NCBI GenBank assembly: GCA_964588985.1
Contig: CAZPQW010000002.1
Location: 64,001-128,000, forward strand
DNA: 64,000 bases
DNA from: an uncultured Solirubrobacteraceae bacterium
Lineage (GTDB): Bacteria > Actinomycetota > Thermoleophilia > Solirubrobacterales > Solirubrobacteraceae
Reading direction: 5' to 3'
Positions within the stretch are counted from its first letter, which is position 1. Each line of letters starts with the position of its first letter. Under the pieces are notes generated by a model that made no database searches, was not told the DNA's origin, and saw only the letters and a list, made by a program, of their open reading frames with translations. Of this stretch, positions 1-9,026 are shown piece by piece. The translations under genes were made by a program, and so were the position numbers.

Positions 1-342
1 GGCGTGGAGAGCGACCCCGACGCGCCATGCGTGCGGCTCGCGCTCGGCGCCGGCATCCCGGTGGCGATCGGCCGTGGAGACGATCGTGCGACGCTCGAAC
101 GGCTCGGCATCCGTCGCTGCGCGGCGGTCGCCGCGGTCACCTCGACCGATCTCGTCAACGTAGCCGTCGGCCTCGCCGCGAGCGATCTCGCGCCGGGGAT
201 CCCGCTCGTGCTGCGCCTCGGCGACGGAGAGGTCGCCGCGGAGACCGACTCGCTGCTTCACCTCGGGCGCATCTGCGACGCCCACAAGATCGCCGCCGAG
301 ACGCTCGCGCAGGGGCTCGCGAGCCTCGGCTCAGACGGCTAG
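1..342 (+). CDS. C-terminal part of a TrkA-N/RCK (NAD-binding) domain protein, probably potassium channel related; 5' end outside window
   Basis: Reading frame open from the window start; VAIGRGDDRATLERLGI...AVAAVTSTDLVN...LVLR resembles an RCK Rossmann fold. Confidence 0.6.
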   Translation, partial: GVESDPDAPCVRLALGAGIPVAIGRGDDRATLERLGIRRCAAVAAVTSTDLVNVAVGLAASDLAPGIPLVLRLGDGEVAAETDSLLHLGRICDAHKIAAETLAQGLASLGSDG

Positions 343-1824
343 CGGCTCGGCCTGCCTGGGCGCTGGCTGGGCGCGCGAGAAGATCATCGCGCCGTCCTCC
401 AGCTCGCCGCGCTTGAGGCCGACGATGTCGAGCATGTAGTTCTGGTGCAGCCGCCACGGCGCCTTCGCTCCCTGCCGGGGGAACCTGTCGATCGAGCGCA
501 GCACGTAGCCGGAGGCGAGGTCGATGAACGGCTGGTCGTCCGGCTGCGGCTCGCGCGCCTGCGGCATGCACTGCCGGTAGCCGTGTGCGTCCATGTGGTT
601 GAGCAGGCGGCACACGTACTCGCACACGAGATCGCACTTGAGCGTCCACGAGGCGTTGGTGTAGCCCGACGTGAGCGCGAAGTTCGGCACGCCGCTGAGC
701 ATCATGCCCTTGTAGCCGGTGGTCTCGGAGATGGCCACGTCGCGGCCGTCGACCGCGAGTTCCATGCCGCCGAGCGCGAGCAGGTCGAGCCCCGTGGCGG
801 TGACGACCACGTCGGCGTCGAGCTGCTTCCCCGAGGCTAGCCGGATGCCGGTCTCGTTGAACGTGTCGATGTGGTCGGTCTCGACCGACGCGCTGCCGTC
901 GCCGAGCGCCCGGAACAGGTCGCCGTCGGGCACGAGGCACAGGCGCTGCGTCCACGGGTCGTAGCTCGGCTTGAAGTGCGTGTCGATGTCGTAGCCGGCG
1001 GGCAGCTGCCTTTCGAGTCCCTTGCGCAGGATCGCCTTCATCAGCTTCGGCCGGCGCTTTGAGAGCTGGACGCTGAGCATCGTCAGCAGCACGTTCTTCC
1101 AGCGCACGATCGGATACGCGATGCGCGCCGAGAGCTTGCTGCGCAGGAAGTTCGCGATCGCGTCTTCGCCGGGGCGAGACACGATGTAGGTGGGGGAGCG
1201 CTGAAGCATCGTCACGTGCGCCGCCGTCTTCGCCATCGCTGGCACGAGCGTCACCGCGGTCGCGCCGCTGCCGATGATCACCACGCGCTTGCCCGCGTAG
1301 TCCAGATCCTCGGGCCATTGCTGCGGATGCACGACCTGCCCGGAGAAGCGCTCGAGGCCCGGGAAGTCGGGCGTGTAGCCGCTCTCGTAGTTGTAGTAGC
1401 CCGTGCACACCAGCAGAAAGCCGCAGCTGATGCTCACCGTCTCCTGCGTGTCGGTGCGGGTCGCGTGCACCGTCCAGCGCGCGTCGGCGGTGGAGTACTC
1501 GGCGCGCTCGACGCGGTGGTTGAAGCGGATGTGTCTGTCGATGCCGCCCTCGGAGGAGGTGTCGCGGATGTAGGAGAGGATCGACGGGCCGTCGGCGATC
1601 GCCTTCGCCTCTGTCCACGGCCGGAACGAGTAGCCGAGCGTGTACATGTCGGAGTCCGAGCGGATCCCCGGGTAGCGGAACAGGTCCCACGTGCCGCCGA
1701 TGCGGTCGCGGCTCTCCAGCAGCGCATAGGTCTTGCCGTGACAGTTGCTCTGCAGGTGGTGCGCGGCGCCGATTCCGGACAGTCCGGCTCCGACGATCAG
1801 CACGTCGACGTGTTCGAGCGGCAA
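331..1824 (-). CDS. Flavin-containing Baeyer-Villiger monooxygenase (EthA-like)
   Basis: GAGLSG, GGTW..FRYPGIRSDSD, FSGQVVHPQQW fingerprint, GSGATA; TTG start at 1824 with GGAGAA RBS (the 734 aa ORF is over-extended). Confidence 0.92.
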   Translation of the reverse strand: MPLEHVDVLIVGAGLSGIGAAHHLQSNCHGKTYALLESRDRIGGTWDLFRYPGIRSDSDMYTLGYSFRPWTEAKAIADGPSILSYIRDTSSEGGIDRHIRFNHRVERAEYSTADARWTVHATRTDTQETVSISCGFLLVCTGYYNYESGYTPDFPGLERFSGQVVHPQQWPEDLDYAGKRVVIIGSGATAVTLVPAMAKTAAHVTMLQRSPTYIVSRPGEDAIANFLRSKLSARIAYPIVRWKNVLLTMLSVQLSKRRPKLMKAILRKGLERQLPAGYDIDTHFKPSYDPWTQRLCLVPDGDLFRALGDGSASVETDHIDTFNETGIRLASGKQLDADVVVTATGLDLLALGGMELAVDGRDVAISETTGYKGMMLSGVPNFALTSGYTNASWTLKCDLVCEYVCRLLNHMDAHGYRQCMPQAREPQPDDQPFIDLASGYVLRSIDRFPRQGAKAPWRLHQNYMLDIVGLKRGELEDGAMIFSRAQPAPRQAEPLAV

Positions 1825-1925
1825 GTCAGCTTCTCCAGGGTTCTCGGGCGGGCAGGGCGTGGAGTGAGGCGGGGCGTTGCACGGAAGCTTAAGCGATGTT
1901 TCGCGCCCTCCTGCCGCGCGCGGCC

Positions 1926-2855
1926 TCAGGGGATGCGAGGCGGCGCTGCGAACAGTTCGTTCAGGCGGCCGCTGCGAGGGTCCGCCGCTCCACCCAGCAG
2001 CGGCAGGCCGAGTGCTTCCTCGACGCTCGCGAGCACTCCGTAGTGGTCGATCAGCCGACTCTCGCGAGCTCCGCGGCGCACCGTCGGGCCCGCGACGATC
2101 GTCGCGATGTGTCCTCCGTGCGCGGCCGAGCCGCAGCAGCCGCGGTCGGAGCTGCCCTCGTCCCACGTCAGGATCAGAAACCCGTGCGGGCCGAGCTCGC
2201 CCAGCAGCGCCGGGACGGTTCGGGCGAGGAAACGGTCGCCGCCCGCGACGCCGCAGTCGTGGCCGTCGTCGCACAGGTTCGGCGTGATCCACGCATACGT
2301 GGGGAGCGTGCCCGCGTTGAGGTCGGCGGCGAGAGCGTTGAAGTCCACGAGGTGGGCGCAGCGATGCGGCGAGCCGGCGACGTCGGTGTAGTAGGCGAAC
2401 GGGTTGTGCTTCTTGGCGTAGCCGCCCGCGCCCGCGCCGGGGAAGCACGTGCTCGGCTCGTCCTCCAGGTAGGCCTTCCACGAGATGCGAGCCGTTTCCA
2501 GCTGGTCCACGATGCCCGGCGCGCTGACCGAGCATTCCGTGCAGTCGGAGCTAACCCCGTGCGTGGCGCCGCTCGTCAGCGCGAGGTAGTTCGGCAGTGA
2601 CGGGTGGCTCACGGCGAAGCTCTGCGTCGCGAGGCCGTAGCGGTGGATGAGCGCGTTCGCGTACGGCGCTGCGCTGTTGCCGACGATGCTCGTGTCCTCC
2701 TCGTTCTCCATCACCATCACGATCACGTGGGAGGCGGTCGAACGGGGGAGGGTCGACGAGAGCGCGAGGGGCTTGCCCGCGGGGGCGGAGCCGCATCCGA
2801 GCGCTAGCAGTGCGATAGCGATCGCGGTTGCGCTCCCGGATAGGCTTCGCCGCAC
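1926..2855 (-). CDS. Secreted/lipoprotein phosphoesterase (alkaline phosphatase superfamily, acid phosphatase type)
   Basis: VMVMENE, HPSLPNYLAL, KHNPF, PNLCDDGHD, TWDEG motifs; lipobox LALGC; start GTG 2855 inferred. Confidence 0.85.
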   Translation of the reverse strand: MRRSLSGSATAIAIALLALGCGSAPAGKPLALSSTLPRSTASHVIVMVMENEEDTSIVGNSAAPYANALIHRYGLATQSFAVSHPSLPNYLALTSGATHGVSSDCTECSVSAPGIVDQLETARISWKAYLEDEPSTCFPGAGAGGYAKKHNPFAYYTDVAGSPHRCAHLVDFNALAADLNAGTLPTYAWITPNLCDDGHDCGVAGGDRFLARTVPALLGELGPHGFLILTWDEGSSDRGCCGSAAHGGHIATIVAGPTVRRGARESRLIDHYGVLASVEEALGLPLLGGAADPRSGRLNELFAAPPRIP

Positions 2856-2897
2856 GCGGGAATCATCGCATCGTGGGCGACTAACCTTCGCTGCGCG

Positions 2898-3203
2898 ATG
2901 CCGGACCCGTTTGGAGAACAGCCGACGCCGTGGTGGCGGAGCAGCGACTGGTGGAGGAAGCAGTTGTTGGGCTCGAAGAGCGTCGTGCCGACGCGCTACT
3001 CGCGGCCTTTGGCGGCCTTCAGCGCGATTGTCGGGGCCGTGGCCATAGGGGAACATCTGGATCCGACCGAAAGGATCGTCGTGGGCGCGATCGCGGCTGG
3101 CATCCCGTCGATCTTTCTCGAGCGATGGTGGAAGCAGCGGCGGCGGTACGAGTCGGAACGGCTGCTGATCTCGCCCGACGCAGGCGATCGTGAGCCTTCG
3201 TGA
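2898..3203 (+). CDS. Small hypothetical membrane protein
   Basis: Two hydrophobic segments; stop overlaps next start (GTGA). Confidence 0.55.
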   Translation: MPDPFGEQPTPWWRSSDWWRKQLLGSKSVVPTRYSRPLAAFSAIVGAVAIGEHLDPTERIVVGAIAAGIPSIFLERWWKQRRRYESERLLISPDAGDREPS

Positions 3204-3676
3204 ACAGCTCATCCGGGTCTCACACGATCGACCTCGTCACGCCCGCCGACCTCGACGCGCTGCTGCCGCTCGTGCGCGCGTACTGCGATTTCTACGAGAC
3301 CGCTCCCACCGACGAGGCGCTGCTCGATCTCTCCGGCGCGCTGATCGCCGATCCCGAGCGCGAGGGCGTCCAGCTGATCGCCCGCGACGGGGGCGCTCAG
3401 GCGGTCGGTTTCGCGACGGTGTTCTGGAGCTGGGACACCACGGAGGGCGGTCGCATCGGGATCATGAATGACCTGTACGTGGCGCCCGAGGCGCGCGGAT
3501 CGGGGCTCGCGGACAGTCTGATCGCGGAGTGCGTCGAGCGCTGCAGGACGCGCGGCGCGTCGCGCCTGGAATGGCTGACGGGACCGGAGAACGTGAGAGC
3601 CCAGGCTGTCTACGACCGCGTGCGGGGTGAGCGGGAACCGTGGTTCGTATACACGCTCGCGGTGCCGCCCGCCTGA
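3200..3676 (+). CDS. GNAT family N-acetyltransferase
   Basis: DLYVAPEARGSGLA motif A; N..AQAVYDR. Confidence 0.9.
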   Translation: MNSSSGSHTIDLVTPADLDALLPLVRAYCDFYETAPTDEALLDLSGALIADPEREGVQLIARDGGAQAVGFATVFWSWDTTEGGRIGIMNDLYVAPEARGSGLADSLIAECVERCRTRGASRLEWLTGPENVRAQAVYDRVRGEREPWFVYTLAVPPA

Positions 3677-3683
3677 GGCTCGC

Positions 3684-4559
3684 TCACGCCCGCGCGCTCG
3701 CCTGCGGATCCAGGCGCGACATCGTCACGGACGCGTTCAGCTCGGACTCGGCGCCGCCCATGTAGAGCCCCTTGACCGGGGGGACGTCGGAGTAGAAGCG
3801 CCCGTGGCCGATCTTCACGTGCGTCTCGCCCGCGAGGCGGCGGTTGGTGGGGTCGGCGCTGACCCACACCGGCTCGCCGTGTCCGTCGCTGCACGGAAGC
3901 AGCGCCTCGAGCCACGCGTGCGTGTCCACCTCGACGGAGTCCGTGCCCTCGTCCTCGGGCGCCGACCACAGGTAGCCGGAGACGTAGCGCGCGGCGATGC
4001 CCCGGCGACGCAGGAGCACGAGTGAGAGGTGGACGAAGTCCTGGCAGACGCCCGCGCTCGCTTCGAGCAGGTCTTCGACGGTGGAGCCCACGTACGTGGC
4101 GCCGGGCCGGTATTCGAAGCGGTTGGGGATCATCTCGCAGAGGTGTTCGAGCGTCTCCAGCGGGCTGTCCTGCGCGAGCTCGTCGTGCATGAAGTCGAGC
4201 CCGCGAATCGCCGGCTGGTCCTGCCAAGGCAGTGCGAACTCGCCCGCGGCGTCGATGTAGGAGGAGCTTTGCAGGCTCTCCCACGAGCCGTCCGGCGGCT
4301 CGGGTGGGGAGGAGGTGACGACGCGCGCGCGCACGTCGATCGTGAGATGGTCGTGGCTGGTTGGGATGCCGAACTCGAGCACCTCGGTGCCGAAGTAGTC
4401 GAGGTGGCGGCTCACGCGCGCCTCGGGCTCGATGCGCGTGTGGAACTCGTCGCAGCGCTGCGTCGAGGTCGTGGCGGGGCGCACTCGCAGCGCGTTGAGG
4501 TTGTCGGTGACGGGGCCGTCGTAGCGGTACTCGGTTAGGAAGCGGATCGCGAAGTGCAT
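3684..4559 (-). CDS. Transglutaminase-like family protein
   Basis: Catalytic triad GVCQDF / THAW / DPTN; ARYVSGY; N-terminal Bact_transglu_N-like region. Confidence 0.92.
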   Translation of the reverse strand: MHFAIRFLTEYRYDGPVTDNLNALRVRPATTSTQRCDEFHTRIEPEARVSRHLDYFGTEVLEFGIPTSHDHLTIDVRARVVTSSPPEPPDGSWESLQSSSYIDAAGEFALPWQDQPAIRGLDFMHDELAQDSPLETLEHLCEMIPNRFEYRPGATYVGSTVEDLLEASAGVCQDFVHLSLVLLRRRGIAARYVSGYLWSAPEDEGTDSVEVDTHAWLEALLPCSDGHGEPVWVSADPTNRRLAGETHVKIGHGRFYSDVPPVKGLYMGGAESELNASVTMSRLDPQASARA

Positions 4560-4566
4560 CGGGCGC

Positions 4567-5502
4567 TCACCTCCTCAGCCCGGCCGCCGCGGCGCCCGCG
4601 AAGTAGCGCTCGGCGACGTCTTGGTCGATCCGTGCGAGCTCCTGCTGTGTGCCTTCGCATATTCCCGTCAACTCGGCTCCGTCCGGTAGCGCCCTGCGCT
4701 GGAAGTCTAGGTCCGCCGCCAGCCGACTCACCCGAAGGACGGGCTTGGAGTTGCGCGGCCCCGCGTCGGCGGCGGTGAACACCTCGTGCAGGGAGTCCAC
4801 GCACGCGGCGACGCTGTCGGGGTACCCACGCTCGAACAACAGGAAACGCGCAACCGGGTGCGCGTTCGGCGGCGAGGTGACCGCGCGCAGGTAGGCGTGA
4901 AAGCCGCCTACCGCCTGCAGCAGGATCAGTGCGTGTCCGTCCGCGGCGGCGGCGTCGGCTGACGGCAGCGCGACGCGCAGCATCCGCAGCACCATGTCAG
5001 AGACCTCGATCAGCCCGCCCGCGTCGAGGAAGCACTTGGCCTCGTCGCGCAGCATCGAGCGGTTGGAGACCCCCCAGATCAACGCGGTGCGCTCCTTGAC
5101 GTACTGCGAGGCGAGATACGGTCCCGCGGGCGCCGCCCAGCCTGGTTGACCGCCGCCGCGCAGCCCGAGCGCGGTCGTGTTGATCGCCTCCCACATCTCC
5201 GCGCTGATCACGTCGCGGACCGTGCGGGCGCCCTCGCGCGCGCGCTCGATGCTCGCGAGCATCGACCCGGGACGGTCGGCGTCGAGCGTCAGCTGCCCGA
5301 GCGCCTGGCTCGAGCGCTCGCTTTCGTCGACGTCGCCGAACATCGCCAGCAGGCCGCCCGAGCCGAAGCTCACCCCCGGCTTCGTGTCGGACGCCCCCTG
5401 CAGCTCGGCCTGGAAGACCGCCTCGACCGCGCGCGCGGTGAACTCGGCGCGCGCGAGGTTGCGGCCCAGCCAATACAGCTCGTGCGCGATCCGCGCGAGC
5501 AT
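4567..5502 (-). CDS. Alpha-E domain protein
   Basis: MLARIAHELYWLGRNLARAE..AR, ARTVRDVISAEMWEAIN; ATG at 5502 overlaps upstream stop (TGATG). Confidence 0.9.
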   Translation of the reverse strand: MLARIAHELYWLGRNLARAEFTARAVEAVFQAELQGASDTKPGVSFGSGGLLAMFGDVDESERSSQALGQLTLDADRPGSMLASIERAREGARTVRDVISAEMWEAINTTALGLRGGGQPGWAAPAGPYLASQYVKERTALIWGVSNRSMLRDEAKCFLDAGGLIEVSDMVLRMLRVALPSADAAAADGHALILLQAVGGFHAYLRAVTSPPNAHPVARFLLFERGYPDSVAACVDSLHEVFTAADAGPRNSKPVLRVSRLAADLDFQRRALPDGAELTGICEGTQQELARIDQDVAERYFAGAAAAGLRR

Positions 5503-7145
5503 CAGCCGGCGGCCCGCGGAGCCGGTTGCTCCTGTTGCTGCTGGTGGTGTTCCTGTTGTTGCTGTTGCTGCTGGCCTGTCCACGCGCCGTAGCGCAGGTC
5601 GGGCAGCGCGGGCGGCTGCGTGTCGGCGATCGGCGGGCCGGCGCGGTCCGCGTCGTCGCCGTCCTCCAGCACCCACGTGTCCTTCGAGCCGCCGCCGCGC
5701 GAGGAGTTGACGATCAGCGAGCCCTCCTCCAGCGCGACCCTCGTGAGCCCGCCCGGAACGATGTCAATCCGCTCGCCGAAGACCGCGAACGGGCGCAGGT
5801 CCACGTGGCGGGGCTGAAGCACGCCATGCTCGCCGACCGTGGGGACCGTCGAGAGCCGCACCACGTCCTGCGCGATCCACCGTTCGGGGTGGGCGATGAC
5901 CGTCTCGCGCATCCGCTCGATCTCCTCCTCCTCGGCGTGCGGGCCGATCATCACGCCGCGGCCGCCCGACTCGCCCGTGGGCTTGACCACCAGCTGGTCG
6001 AGGCGCGCGAGCACATGCTCGAGCTGCTCGGGATCGGAGAGCAGGTAGGTCCTGACGTTCTCGAGGATCGGCTCCTCGCCGAGGTAGAAGCGGATCATGT
6101 CCGGCACGAAGCAGTAGATCGCCTTGTCGTCGGCCACGCCCGTGCCGAACGCGTTCGCGATCGCGACGCTGCCCGCGCGATAGGCGCGCACCAGTCCCGG
6201 CACGCCCAGCAGCGAGTCCGGGCGGAACTCGAGCGGGTCGACGAAGTCGTCGTCCAGGCGCCGGTAGACCGCGTGCGCGCGCTCCAGGCCGCGGGTTGTG
6301 CGCATGTAGAGGACGTCGTCGCGGACGACCAGGTCGGAGGCCTCGACCAGCTCGACGCCCATCTGGCGCGCGAGGAACGCGTGCTCGAAGTAGGCCGGGT
6401 TCGCTGGGCCGGGCGTCCACACAACGACCGTCGCCTCGCTCTCGGCCGACGGCGCCACCGAGCGCAGCGCGCTCAGCAGCAGCTGCGGGTAGTGGTCGAC
6501 GGGGCGCACGCGGTAGGAGGCGAACAGCTCGGGCACGAGGCGCGCCATCGCCGCGCGGTTCTCGAGCACGTAGGAGATCCCCGAGGGGATGCGCACGTTG
6601 TCCTCGATCACCTTCCACGTGCCGTCGGAGTGGCGCACGAGATCGCAGCCCGCCACGTGCGTGTACACCCCGCCTGGCGGGCGGATGCCGTGCACGGCGC
6701 GCGCGAAGTGCGAGCAGGACGCGACGAGCCGCCACGGCACGATCCCCTCGCGCACGATCTCGCGCGCGTGGTAGACGTCGTCAACGAAGTGGTTCAGCGC
6801 GCGGATGCGCTGCGCGAGGCCGCGCTTGATGTCTCGCCATTCCTGGCCGCTCAGCACGCGGGGCACCAGGTCGAGCGGGAACGGCCGTTCGTGCGACGAG
6901 CCGCCGCCTCCGCTGGTCTCGAACGTGATCCCCTGCTGCATGAAGATCGCGTCGCGGCGCCTGCCGGCCTCGATCATCCCCTCCGGCCCGAGCAGCCTGA
7001 GCTGCTCCACCAGCGCGCTCGCGGCGGGCCTCGGCGTGCCGTCGAGCTCGAACAGCTCGTCGAGGAACGGCGCCTGCGGACGGTACTCGCTGGCAGGCGT
7101 GACGGCCCCTGCGTCCTCGGCGGGTGTCTGGGTATGAGATATCAC
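5502..7145 (-). CDS. Circularly permuted type 2 ATP-grasp protein
   Basis: EDNVRIPSGISY, NAFGTGVADDK, PGGLTRVAL, VNSSRGGGSKDTW; Gln-rich C-tail; start approximate. Confidence 0.93.
   Translation of the reverse strand: MISHTQTPAEDAGAVTPASEYRPQAPFLDELFELDGTPRPAASALVEQLRLLGPEGMIEAGRRRDAIFMQQGITFETSGGGGSSHERPFPLDLVPRVLSGQEWRDIKRGLAQRIRALNHFVDDVYHAREIVREGIVPWRLVASCSHFARAVHGIRPPGGVYTHVAGCDLVRHSDGTWKVIEDNVRIPSGISYVLENRAAMARLVPELFASYRVRPVDHYPQLLLSALRSVAPSAESEATVVVWTPGPANPAYFEHAFLARQMGVELVEASDLVVRDDVLYMRTTRGLERAHAVYRRLDDDFVDPLEFRPDSLLGVPGLVRAYRAGSVAIANAFGTGVADDKAIYCFVPDMIRFYLGEEPILENVRTYLLSDPEQLEHVLARLDQLVVKPTGESGGRGVMIGPHAEEEEIERMRETVIAHPERWIAQDVVRLSTVPTVGEHGVLQPRHVDLRPFAVFGERIDIVPGGLTRVALEEGSLIVNSSRGGGSKDTWVLEDGDDADRAGPPIADTQPPALPDLRYGAWTGQQQQQQQEHHQQQQEQPAPRAAG
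5526..5573 (-). repeat. CAG/CAA low-complexity tract encoding poly-Gln tail
   Basis: Encodes QQQQQQQEHHQQQQEQ at the ATP-grasp C-terminus. Confidence 0.85.
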
Positions 7146-7268
7146 CGCAAGATGTTCCCGCTGCGGGCCCCTTTCAACCATCGACGGTTGGAGAAACCGA
7201 GGCGCCCCCGGCTGCTCAGCTGTCGCAACCGCCCGGCGGCGGCCGCCAGGAGCACGGAGTGGGCCCGT

Positions 7269-7541
7269 TCAGCTGGGCCAGCGACCGTGAAGGTCGAAGT
7301 ACTCGCGCGCGGCGTCCTCGCGGTCGCGCTCGAGATCGCCGTCCGCGCCGATGCGAAACAGCCAGTTGATGAAGTAGATCGCCAGCCCCGCGCTGAGGAT
7401 GCTCGCGCCGCCCTCGAGGTCGGTTTCGCTGCCCATCGCCATGATCACCACGCCGGCGAGAGAGACCACGACCGGCAGCACGTAGCGAATCGCCACGAGC
7501 GCCCAGGTGGGCTTCGGCGGAGTGGACGCTTGGTCGTTCAC
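7269..7541 (-). CDS. Small two-TM membrane protein
   Basis: Two hydrophobic helices; TAGGAT -10-like box 6 nt upstream of the GTG. Confidence 0.7.
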   Translation of the reverse strand: MNDQASTPPKPTWALVAIRYVLPVVVSLAGVVIMAMGSETDLEGGASILSAGLAIYFINWLFRIGADGDLERDREDAAREYFDLHGRWPS

Positions 7542-7649
7542 CGTTCCATCCTAGGACGACGCATGGTCTCGTGCGACGGCCCATCACGTCAGAGACGGGC
7601 GAAGCCAGAGTGCGGTGGATGGCTGGACTTGTGTGTAGCGTTCGTAACG

Positions 7650-8309
7650 ATGCCCGCGCCGACCATCGATGAGATCACGCTCGCCGACGAGCCCGAGCGC
7701 TGGGCGGCGCTCGGCTTCGTGGTCGCGGGCGGGGTCTGCCAGCTCGCGGACGTGCGGATGCGCTTCGCCGGCGAGCAGGCCGGACGCGGGATCGTCAGCT
7801 GGTCGCTGCGCGACGTGAACAGCACCGAGCTGGACGGTCTGCCGACGACGCTCTCCACGCGGCCCCTGCCAGCGGAGACCGCGCCCGAGCACCCGAACGG
7901 GGTGGTCGCGATCGATCACGTCGTCGCGATGTCGCCGGCGTTCGAGCGCAGCGTGGAGGCGCTCGAGCTCGCCGGACTCGATCTGCGGCGCGTGCGCGAG
8001 GAGCCCACGCCCGCGGGCGCTCCGCGTCAGGCGTTCTTCCGACTCGGACGCGAGATCCTCGAGCTGGTGCAGGAGCCCGAGGAGGTCGTCGAGCGCGCGG
8101 GTGGGCCCGACCATCCGGTGTGCTTCTGGGGGCTCGCGCTGCTCGTGGACGACCTCGACAGCACCGTGGAGGCGTTCGGTGCGCACGTGGGCGAGCCGCG
8201 TGCGGCGGTGCAGCCGGGGCGGCGGATCGCCACGGTGCGTCGTTCGGCGGGGCTGTCGGTGCCGCTCGCGCTGATGAGCGCCGTGCAGCGGGTCGAGGCG
8301 ACGTTATGA
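7650..8309 (+). CDS. VOC/glyoxalase-like protein
   Basis: HPNGVVAIDHVV, QAFFRLG..ILELV, WGLALLVDDLD; real gene is the 3' end of the 927 aa ORF. Confidence 0.8.
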   Translation: MPAPTIDEITLADEPERWAALGFVVAGGVCQLADVRMRFAGEQAGRGIVSWSLRDVNSTELDGLPTTLSTRPLPAETAPEHPNGVVAIDHVVAMSPAFERSVEALELAGLDLRRVREEPTPAGAPRQAFFRLGREILELVQEPEEVVERAGGPDHPVCFWGLALLVDDLDSTVEAFGAHVGEPRAAVQPGRRIATVRRSAGLSVPLALMSAVQRVEATL

Positions 8310-8983
8310 GCGACGACGTTTGGAGCGAGGTCGATCGCTACGTCGCCGACCGCCTGCTCGGCGATGACCCCGTGCTCGACGCCGCGCTCGCGGACAGCGC
8401 CGCGGCGGGATTGCCGGCGATCGCGGTGTCGCCGCCGCAGGGCAAGCTGCTGCACCTGCTCGCGCGTGTGCACGGCGCGCGGAGGATCCTCGAGGTGGGG
8501 ACGCTCGGCGGCTACAGCACGATCTGGCTCGCGCGAGCGCTCGGCGAGGATGGCCGGGTGGTGACGCTGGAGCTCGATCCGCGCTACGCGCAGATCGCCC
8601 AGGCAAACGTCGAGCGGGCCGGCCTTGCCGGCCTCATAGAAATCCGTGTGGGCGACGCGCACGAGAGCCTCGCCGCCCTGATCGCAGAGGCGCCAGAGCC
8701 GTTCGACATGGTGTTCATCGACGCCGACAAGCGGAGCACGCCCGAGTACTTCACCGCCGCGCTCGAGCTGTCGCGCCCGGGCGGTGTGATCGTGGTCGAC
8801 AACGTCGTGCGCGGCGGCGCGCTGATCGACGCCAACGGCCAGGACCCCGGTGCACAGGGGATGCGCCGCTTCCACGAGCAGCTCTCGGGCGATGCGCGGG
8901 TGAGCGCCACGACGATCCAGACGGTCGGCAGCAAGGGCTACGACGGGTTGACCGTCGTGCTGATCGAGGGTGGACAGCCGTGA
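8306..8983 (+). CDS. O-methyltransferase (Methyltransf_3 family)
   Basis: LEVGTLGGYS, FDMVFIDADK, VVDNVVR, KGYDG; ATGA overlap. Confidence 0.93.
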   Translation: MSDDVWSEVDRYVADRLLGDDPVLDAALADSAAAGLPAIAVSPPQGKLLHLLARVHGARRILEVGTLGGYSTIWLARALGEDGRVVTLELDPRYAQIAQANVERAGLAGLIEIRVGDAHESLAALIAEAPEPFDMVFIDADKRSTPEYFTAALELSRPGGVIVVDNVVRGGALIDANGQDPGAQGMRRFHEQLSGDARVSATTIQTVGSKGYDGLTVVLIEGGQP

Positions 8984-9026
8984 GCGCACGCGTTCCTCAC
9001 GCGGTGAGGCTGTAGGCTCGCGGGCG

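Noticed and set aside
5526-8309. 927-aa plus-strand ORF as a single protein
   Set aside because: Only the last 219 aa (from 7650) look like a protein; the rest is antisense to the ATP-grasp gene
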